Assembly (NCBI GenBank): GCA_965655095.1
Contig: OZ296649.1
Location: 120,094,001 to 120,158,000, forward strand
Source: Haplodiscus bocki
Taxonomy: Eukaryota
Length of the DNA: 64,000 bases
Direction: 5' to 3'
The notes under the pieces were generated by a model that saw nothing but the letters and a program-made list of their open reading frames with translations, did no database searches and was not told the origin of the DNA. The first letter of the stretch is position 1, and each line of letters starts with the position of its first letter. Shown here one piece after another: positions 53,720 to 62,756 of the stretch. The position numbers and the translations under genes are program-made.

Positions 53720-54065
53720 TTCCTATATTATTTATCGAAGGACTTACTATTTTGTTGGTATTTTCGACTTCATATTGTTTTTTTGTACTTTTTGTATTTG
53801 TCTATAATCATAATATGTAAAACTTTGTTACCCAATGATAGAGTACAAGCAATTCCATCTAATATTGGTAAAATAGGCAAGCACACACCAGTAATCGATA
53901 AAGTTATAGAAGTTGACGTTGCTCCAATAATAACTATTGTGTCTTCTTATTCTAATATTGTGATTAGAGTTTTATATTTTTTAGATTTCGTTTTTGGTTT
54001 ACGGTTTTTGTCTTTTAATTACGTAATCAATTCTTTAATGTTAATAATTGAGTCATGGGAACTAT
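53720..54065 (-). pseudogene. Small predicted membrane protein (copy 2)
   Basis: DTIVIIGATSTSITLSITGVCLPILPILDGIACTLSLGNKVL. Confidence 0.55.
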
Positions 54066-54158
54066 TTACGTCATTTATTTTTTTCTAGTCTTTGTTCTAA
54101 ATCGTTGTTCTCCAATAGTGCAGACCGGTATAAACTGTCTGTTCTTGATGGTATAAAA

Positions 54159-54557
54159 TCAAACGTATGTCCCAAGGTATGAACCAGAAGCTGTTCTATA
54201 AATATTGAAAACTTCAGTGAGTGTTGATAAAGCTGCTTTAGGGTTTCTAGAAGCAACTGCACTATCAACGTTTGCTCCTAAATCCAAAGCTCGTCCTGGG
54301 TTCTTCAACACGTTTTTTGCCATCTTTTTTGGTACAATAAGTCCTCTTATACCTAAATTCTTGAAGAATCCACCTAAACATTTTTCTAATATTGTGTTAT
54401 CAGAAACAGTCAGCGACTTCCTTAAATTACAACTTGAACAATAATCAATAAGCTTTTCACTACCTTCAGAGGTTATATCACCGTAAATATCTTTTGTAGC
54501 AGTCCAATGTCTACCTCCAACGCAATAGGAATCTTCTTTAAATTTTTGAAAGCTCAT
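54159..54557 (-). CDS. Open 132-aa basic protein with YCVGGRH and CxxC motifs and an amphipathic segment; candidate virion core/entry protein
   Basis: ATG-to-stop ORF directly downstream of the penton; LGGFFKNLG...KKMAKNVLKNPGRAL. Confidence 0.6.
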   Translation of the reverse strand: MSFQKFKEDSYCVGGRHWTATKDIYGDITSEGSEKLIDYCSSCNLRKSLTVSDNTILEKCLGGFFKNLGIRGLIVPKKMAKNVLKNPGRALDLGANVDSAVASRNPKAALSTLTEVFNIYRTASGSYLGTYV

Positions 54558-55666
54558 TTAATAGTCCAGTTTTTGATCAATTGTAAAGTAAACGTTAACG
54601 TTTCTGCATTGAAATAAACTTTTTCGTGGTTGTCATCTTCTAAGTAAAACTTTATAGCATTCGAAACAGGCTTTTTTTATAATGACTTGCTTCAGGATCA
54701 AAGAAAGTTTGCTTCAAGGAGGTTTAGCCAGACTGAAACTGTATATTATAGGTTCTCTTAAACCCATTACTACAGAGCCATCCATAACATCACATTCCTA
54801 CTGGATTTTTTTATTGTACTTATTTTTTAAAGTTCATCATTAGTATAGACACCTTGGCTATCAGCATGAATAGTATTGATGGGTTTATAATCCCAATTTG
54901 GTGTAAAACCTAGTAAAGTATTGAGAAACATTTTTCATTAAAATTGAACGTTCCGTAAGTACCACCAAAACGTTTTGAAAAAACTTTTAATTTAATGGTA
55001 AATACAATATTTTCGATTTTCAAAGTCTCGTCTTAGTCAACCATAGAGTAAACAGCCTCTGAAACATCTTTATTCAAGTAGATGCCCGGTGGTATTTCGT
55101 AGGTAACGAAATTTGAGTTATATTGTTTTAAAAAGAACTAAATATCATCTTCATGCAACACAACTTCAATTCTAGGAAAACATTCAAAATCTCGAAACGG
55201 TGATCTAGCATCACTCACCCATTAATAATATGTAATAACCATCAGTCCGTCTCTTTTCTGTTTCTAGCTTTTCATAATCTGATAAAATCCGTGGTCCTAA
55301 TTTTTTATCTTGTAGACGCTGGCGTGTAATGTTTGAAAAATTAACGACCTCTTCAAGGTCGTCTTTTACTTATGTGATTGAGAACTCATCAAAATTATGT
55401 GAAGGAATTTCGAATTTGTTTTTTTTTGCTGTTTGGAAAAAGAATTGTAAACCTCTAAACTTGTTAATCTTAACAATCAAGACGCTTCAATAGATGTTGG
55501 TGGATTGAAATGAAGTGCTTCTTTTGCTTTGATAAGTTTAAATTCCCATCTTTCTTCTGCTTTTTTAGGGGTATGTTTAATTTTCGTCTCACAGTTTTTA
55601 GTTATTTAAAGTAAAAAATCCGTAAACTTCTGTTTTGTTTTTAGATTGAATCATGTCTGAGTTCAT
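54558..55666 (-). pseudogene. Penton paralog 1 (copy 2)
   Basis: Colinear with 42507-43609. Confidence 0.75.
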
Positions 55667-55673
55667 TTATTTA

Positions 55674-56754
55674 CTATACTTTATTTAGTTGACAAGTAAA
55701 TGATATCGCTTTTCCATTAAAATAAACAGGTTTGTAATCCTCGTCTTCTAAGCAAAATGTTATATGAAAGAAAATAGGTTTATTATTTTTTTTAATTAAT
55801 AGTATTTTAAGTGTTTTATGATTTTGATGACCTGTTGGTTTGTCTAAACAGAAACTATATAAAACTGGTAGTCGCACACAGTTTAAAAAACTACCATGAA
55901 TACAATCACAAAGTAAATGCACTTTATCGATTCTTGTAATATTGATGGGTTTTTTGACTTTATATGCACCTGGTATCAATTGGATGAAATCTTCAATTTC
56001 AATACTTAATAGTCCAGATTGAGATTCAGTTAATCCTAGTATAGTATAAGAAATGATTTTTTTAGTAAAACCAATTGCTTTGTTGGTGGTTAAAATCGAT
56101 CGTTATCTACGATCATGATTAGTAATATTTACTTTCACCTTATCTGGAAGTAAACCTTTATCTTCAAATCAATATCATCGACTTCATATACGCTTAAAGG
56201 AAGAGTATAACCGATAGTTGATCCAACAATATTTTTACATCCAATACATCAACAATTTCGTTATAGGTTAGTAGCATCCTATAGACCATATCTTCAAAAT
56301 CGTTAAAATCCAAGTTTTTTCAATTCTGTAACTATTTCAGTTTTATGAGTTTCAAGATCAGATAATTTATTTTCATCGCCTCCAAGTTTCAATTGTTTTC
56401 CGTTCTTCCCAACTTTTTGTATATACAATCCAATATCATTTTGAGATCTAAGCTCTAATGATTTGTTTAGCTCGGTGATAATTTCATTACCATGATCGGA
56501 ATTCCAATGCCCTGGTGTAGTAACCGAAAAACTATTTTTTTCATTGGTTATATTGAAAACAGAATTAGTTGTTTCGAAACTCGTCATTGCCAATAGCCAT
56601 TTTCCTTCTTTAACTGTGTGCTTTGGTGGTAAAAAGGAGAAAATTTCCATTTGTTTGTTCATGCTAAATTCCAGTGTTTCTTAAGCTTTTGTTTTGGTTT
56701 GCTCAATCAAGGTATACGTATATTTTTTGATGAAATTAACATTTCCCTATTCAT
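55674..56754 (-). pseudogene. Penton paralog 2 (copy 2)
   Basis: ORFs 56303-56662 and 55674-55979: IDKVHLLCDCIHGS...ITFCLEDEDYKPVYFNGKAISFTCQL. Confidence 0.78.
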
Positions 56755-56949
56755 TCAATAATTCCAAATCCTCCTGCCGATATATAGTTCTAAATCAATT
56801 TATTTTAATTTTCTGACATTTTTTTAGAAAAAGAATTATTCTTTAAATTGTTTGGTTTAAAATCTACCTCGCTTGAACTAGTTTGAGTTTGTTCGCTTTG
56901 TGCGATATAAATTACGTTTTTATCAAGTTATTTTCTTTAATGTCATTTT

Positions 56950-57383
56950 TATAAGGAAAAATTTTGATAGTACAAATTCAAAGCAGCCTATTTAAAGTCT
57001 TTTCCAAAGACTTTTGTCAAATAAAGTAGATATTTACAAAAACTAGCACAACAATTATCTTCTTTACTCATCACACCATGTATTTTGTATTCATAATATA
57101 AAGAATGTCCATACCGTTTTATAAAACACCTAGATAGTTTGTTAGGTGGTGTAAACCCAAATGAATCAAAATAGCATTCATGAATAAATAACACTCAATG
57201 ACTACCTATAAATGGATGTAATTTACAATTTCCTATATCAGAATAAAACAAATCATCTCTTAAATGAATCCCTGCTCCATCATTCAAAAACAGAGATGAA
57301 AATAATTGATAACTTTATTTACTTGATGATGGTCTTTTCTTCAATTTATGTTTTTTAATAAAATCATCAATTGACATCATCAT
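56950..57383 (-). pseudogene. Adenain-like cysteine protease (element B)
   Basis: LHPFIGSH*VLF...YFDSFG...CASFC: His, Asp and Cys in the adenovirus-type protease order. Confidence 0.85.
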
Positions 57384-58139
57384 TTACTTTCTCTAAATCA
57401 GGTCTACGTCTTGTAACGAACAAGAAAACTCAATTTTTTTTCTGCATTGGGAAAGCTATCAGATTAGACTCTTTATCCAATATTATTGGTATAGTCGTTT
57501 TCACAGCCCTTTGAATTAACACCTCTTCTTTGTATTGTTTGTTACTAAGTATTTCAAATTCATTGTTATCTTTCCCTAATAACGGTATGTGTCCATTTAT
57601 TTTTAATAAATTTTTGTCAAGACAAACTTTGTTTATAACATCTTGAATATGATCAGGTTTAAAACAATGTTTTTTTATAAGTATGATTTACTTCGAGTTT
57701 TAATTGATTAAAATTTGTGTCTTGTACTTTATTTTTGCAGAGGCGATGCCATAAAATTCACATTCCCATTATTTATTTTAACTAATATATGCCATTTTTT
57801 TTAAAATTTTGCCATCTGTTTCTGAAATCTAGACATTATTAAATTTGCTCTTTATTCTTCATAGCTCTGTTTCAAAAGTTTTGCTTTGGATTTCGCTAAC
57901 TATTTTTATCATAGTCACCTATTTGGTCTTCCAAAGTTTCACTCATTGTAGATAAACCAATTATTTCATCTCCCATTAGATCAAAAGGTTTTTTAATAGC
58001 AGGCATCATTGAAATTAATCGTCCTCCTTTCTTAGCTTGTGTTGATAAAGATTCGGTGTTAAATTATTATAAGTCTTGTATTGTATTACTTCTTACTGTT
58101 TGATCATTAAAAGGAATTTGCATTGCTAATTTCTTTTAA

Positions 58140-58562
58140 AGGTCTTCATTTTGAAGAATTCATTGTTACTTTCAATATTTCCACCACCTCTCAATTCGTC
58201 GTGTTAAGGTTAAAAAGTTTCAATAATTGGAGAGGGTTCTTTTGAGGTCAATTGAAGTCTTTAAGGTCATGTTCACGATTTGAATTATCATCGAGGAATG
58301 TGCTCGGAATCTTATTTCTTCTTTTATTACTATTTGGTTGGATTCGATGAGGTGAATGCATATTCATATCATTTCTATAACGTTGTAAAATACTACTTGA
58401 ATAATCTAATGCTTTTGCTATTTCGTTTTGCTTTAATTTAATGTTTACAGATCTGACCTTCATAAACCTAGTCATTAAGTCTATTTTATATTGAAGTAAA
58501 ATCAAAATACAATCAAAAATTCCTGTTTTGGATAATCGTTCCAGAGAAAAAGTGGTATTCAT
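58140..58562 (-). pseudogene. Helix-turn-helix DNA-binding protein
   Basis: KLKQNEIAKALDYSSSILQRYRND fits the HTH pattern xxQxEIAxxLGxSxSTxxRY. Confidence 0.65.
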
Positions 58563-58720
58563 TTAGATATTTGAATCAGAGGAAAAATTAAAAATAAGAT
58601 TTGATAATAGCAAATAAAGACATAATTTTTTTAAATTTTGTAATTTGTTTCGTTTCGATATCCACAAAATTGATTTACTCTTCAAGTAATGTCGTTTTAA
58701 TGTTCATATATAAAGTATGA

Positions 58721-59313
58721 ATGGACGATAAGATGGAAGAAACAGTTCATGACAACAAAACACTAAGATTGAACAAACCTGAAACCTATGTGTTAACAGA
58801 TAAACAATTTAAAACCTATATGGTTTCAGTTTTTAGTGATTTTGACAAAACTCAGACTTATAAAATGCCATATAGAGATAGCCCACACCGTGAAATTGAA
58901 AAACTTATGAGTTTTAATTAATTATACTTGTTTAAACCAAATGAACACACAGAAGATTATCACATTAGAAAACCAAACGCTGAAAATTTTCTATTCCAAG
59001 TTAAATATAGTGAATATGTTTATGTGGACGATAAAGTAAATAGTTTCGAAACAAATGAAAAAAAAGTGGTATGTTCTTCAAACCTTGAATATGACAATAT
59101 AAAATTCCCATTTGCCTACGGTGAGAAAATTTTTTAAGTTATGGTTTATCAAAAATTTATCACTATTCAAGATTATAAAAATTCAAAAGAAAGAGAAGAA
59201 TATCGATATTTACAGAAAAAAGATGATGAAATAAAAAAGGAACATGAGGGCATTATCAAATATGGTAGTGACTTTAAAAATTGTAAAATTAATCATGATA
59301 GAGATTCAACATG
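58721..59313 (+). pseudogene. Accessory gene of unknown function, resembling hypothetical proteins of large DNA viruses
   Basis: Two consecutive ORF pieces; NFLFQVKYSEYVYVDDKVNSFETNE...DNIKFPFAYGEK. Confidence 0.45.
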
Positions 59314-59339
59314 AATCTAGTATATAATATAGTCTTACA

Positions 59340-59877
59340 GTTTAACATAATTTTATAAATTCACTTAATTTTGTAATTTCACATAATTTTATAAATCAAC
59401 TTAGTTTTATAATTTTTCTTAATTTTCTAGTAGTGTACAAATAAGCATATGAGATCAGGCGTAAGGATCACACATTTTAATACAAAAATGAAAAGAAAGT
59501 TCATACCAGATCTCTACGCAAGGTTTAAGTTTATTTTATTTTGTTTTTTAATTTATTCAAACACAAAGTTGAAATTTTTAATTTTATGACATCGATAAAG
59601 TAAAATTTTAAATTTATATTATTGTTGAAGTATGGTTTGTTATGTATTTATATCTTTGTTGGAGATCGTGATTGTGATATTGTAATTTAGTTATTTGTTT
59701 TCATTTGTTATGTAATTATATTTTAAACATTCGTTCTGTAATTTTTTTTTATCTTTTTCCTTTTTTCATACGAATATACTTTGTGTAAGGTGTGTGTTAT
59801 AGTTTCCGTTAAAATTCGTTCTTGTTGAAGCTGTGCCTCCACCGCGGCTCGCGTCATATTCTGTTTTGTACACTACT
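59340..59877. repeat. Right TIR of element B
   Basis: Ends TTGTACACTACT at 59877; inner AGTAGTGTACAAA at 59429; AT-rich 17-bp repeats at 59340-59428. Confidence 0.9.
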
Positions 59878-60896
59878 GACAGTTGTTATGGCACGAAATT
59901 GGTTTGAGTATCCTGGTAACTTTTTTGAAACTTTTCGGACTGCTCAAGCCAATCTGTATAGCAATGCTAATAAATTTCTGTTAACATTTCTCTACTTGAA
60001 TTTTTTTGCTGACCAGCGGTTTGGTTTCTATTCACTCTTCTGGAGATATTAAAATGTATCAAAATTTGTTTTGTAGCTCCCAAACTCCTTGGAACCTGAA
60101 AACAATCCTACTTAAACCATGTTGGGACCACCTGTGGGCATAGTTAGGCCCTGTTCTTCTCAGGAAATCAAACTTCTGCAACTGCTTCATTTGTTTCATT
60201 AACGTATTCTAAAGAAGTAACATTGGAGCAGTCCGTTTACACATTCGGTAACAGCTAATCAGTAAAGAGAGGCAAAAATAGAGGTCTTTCCGATACAAAA
60301 TATACTGAGGAGGTCTGTTTGATGTCTTTTGCGAAAGAAACAAAGCTCAGCCGACGGTTTTAACACACTTCAAAACACTTCTCGTTAAAACCAACAAAAA
60401 CAAGTAACTTTCTGCGCAAACCATTTTCTTAGAAATTCTTCTGTCGTGTCTGTTGGCAAGTTTACATTTTATGCGTAAAACAAGGCATTTTTTCATTCTG
60501 GACTTTTTAAAGTTTTCCGATCTGAACTAATTTTGGGTCTCTATTTGTGAAGTGTTACAATTTTGTTTCGCCGAGTGGTGTAACAGCGTAATTACCTGAA
60601 AACGTGAGCAATAGATGGTGTTGACGAATTTTATTTTGACTGATGGAAGCAATTGCAATGATCGAAGGATCTGTTTTTCGGGGAACAATCCACGAGAATG
60701 GGAGAACGACTGTGTACACAAAACAGAATTTCTTGAGGGCATTTTTCATATCTGTAGTCAACACTGTAGCATTCGATTGAACTTGCAGGAAAAATGACCA
60801 AAGCTCTGAGATTTTTCAATTTTATGCTTCGAGATGAGTGTCGCAGGCTGCCACCTGTGACGGCCTGCTCTACTCCGTCAATTACAATGGACAAAA

Positions 60897-61733
60897 CTAG
60901 GGCCCGCAGTGATACGCATTGCCCCTATTCGAAGATTAAACTGATAAAACTCCCATTGAATAACGTGCTGTATAATTTTCCTCCCCCTTAGTTTTATGAA
61001 ATATGATATATATTTATATTTTAATATATATACAAATACAAACCTACGCATTTTCATATATCTATGTGGAAAGTTCATACAAATAGCAAGCAAGCTATTA
61101 TCATTAGAAAACGGATATAAACAAAAGCTTACAGTGCTCAATAAATTTGCGGTCTTATACTTAAATTTGATTGGTCAAAACAAGTATTCTTATCAAAGTT
61201 TTGACCAAGCAACAGCGCTGCTGGAGAGTGGTCAAAATCGGGTCACAAGCACCTAGTTTTGACCACTTTGCTCGAAGCGAGTGGTCGTTTCCGAAGAAAA
61301 AGCAAACTACGGCAAAATGAAGCCGCGAATGCCAAACTATGACCGAATTTAATTAAAAGACGATGCTATGTAAGTATATAAGTATATAGATATCAAGTAT
61401 GTGATGCTAAATTATCCAGCACTCAATATTAACAAATCCCAAGCGAAAAATATTTTCGGTCAAAAGACGGTCATAATGCCCACTTTTGACCACCATATAT
61501 TAACTCGAAGCCAAAACCTGTGCATGAAGTTCAATATCAACATGCTTGTCATATTTAGTATATTATCACGATAAATGACTACCCATGAGATAAACCATAC
61601 ATGCAAACATGATTTTCTGGAACTTTCGCCATTTATTCACAATTTGTAGCCATATTTTGATAGTCAAGATCTCTCGGCATTCCCCATTTGATGTTGAGTT
61701 TATTACTATTTTTAAAATAATGTCATGATGATG
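60897..61733 (-). mobile_element. Putative non-autonomous Helitron (3' end at 60897; right boundary unknown)
   Basis: Minus strand GCAATG-CGTAT-CACTGC hairpin, then GGGCC-CTAG|T; composition shifts to AT-rich non-coding; internal TTTTGACCA...TGGTC repeats. Confidence 0.45.
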
Positions 61734-61749
61734 AGTAGTAAGAGTGTAA

Positions 61750-62060
61750 GCTGACGTGGTGGGGCGGGGGGGTTGATGAACCTGTGTATTAAAAGAAGCT
61801 ATAGCGAGCCGACTCGAGCCGAGAGCCGAGAAGGGTCTTCAACCCTAGCTGAGAGCTCTATGGTGACGTGATGCCCGATTCTGATTGGCTGACGACTCCG
61901 GTGCCGTAATGCTCGATTCTGATTGGCTGACAACTCGGGTTACGTAATACTCGATTCTGATTGGCTGACGAAGTTGAAGGGTTCTCGATTCTGATTGGCT
62001 GCCGACCATTTTTCTGTTTTGGGCACGAGCCGAGTGTGTTCGGCAATGTATAAAGGTAGG
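61750..62060 (+). promoter_or_regulatory. Cluster of Pol II promoter motifs in the element C terminus
   Basis: TGACGT (61752, 61864), GGGGCGGGG GC box (~61761), four CGATTCTGATTGGCTG inverted CCAAT units (61876, 61914, 61952, 61986), TATAAA at 62049. Confidence 0.6.
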
Positions 62061-62361
62061 GAAAGGGCTAATTTTCGGCACAATTTTCGGCACTGTGAGA
62101 TTTTTTCGAAAAAGTTCAAAAAATTTTTGGCTGGCCCGCCCGCGCGTATAATTATTACGCCTGCTGATAATTATTAGGCCTGCGGATATTTTATTACGCG
62201 TGCTACCTCCCGTACACCTACGGTTCCCTTCCGTCTCGGCTCTCTTATACTGATATGACTTAATGCTATGTAAAAAGATTGTGTAATAGTTTGAAAAAGT
62301 TAATTAGAATAAATAAAAATGGACGAAAATATGATATAAACTGCGCATTTACATACAAAGA

Positions 62362-62754
62362 TTACATGTAATTACTTATAAAAGAGAGTACATTAACATC
62401 GTGAACTCCTGTAACTTCTTCTTGTCGAAACTTGAAGGGATGAAAAGCTGCATATTTTGTATAAAAGCCGCATACATTTGAGTGAGACTGTAGGCGCGCT
62501 GGCATCGTCTGCTTGTAGTGCTGGTTGTTGAAAAAACTACCCTTTACATCCAAAAGAGTCTGCAAAAAACAATTCATGTCGGAAACTTGCAATCGTGATC
62601 CAATGTTCACCCTGCATATTGCTGGGCTGCGTGTTGATAATAGCAAAAGTGTTATTATCGAGAGTTGAACAAAGTCTGAGGGGAATGAACCGAGGTACCG
62701 AAATTTGAGCAGAGGGATACGATTGATAATTTGTTGCAGCGCAAAATTGTCCAT
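62362..62754 (-). pseudogene. Adenain-like cysteine protease (element C), frameshifted
   Basis: YLGSFPSD...AIINTQPSNMQGEHW...FFADSFG...LQSHSNVCGFY. Confidence 0.92.
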
Positions 62755-62756
62755 TT

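Larger units (their letters stand above)
44849..56909. repeat. Tandem segmental duplication, unit 2
   Basis: Junction ...GTGCGATATA|TGTTTTCATGG joins Maverick interior (equivalent to 56909) to host flank (equivalent to ~32758). Confidence 0.97.
45904..59877. mobile_element. Element B copy 2: Maverick/Polinton with both termini, 13,974 bp, defective
   Basis: Termini AGTAGTGTACAAAACAGAATATGACGC / GCGTCATATTCTGTTTTGTACACTACT; 6-bp TSD GACAAT (45898-45903) / GACAGT (59878-59883); pPolB, INT, ATPase, protease and capsid genes. Confidence 0.96.

Noticed and set aside
61845-62093. ORFs with SQSES / QPIRIE repeats
   Set aside because: Translations of the CCAAT repeat units.
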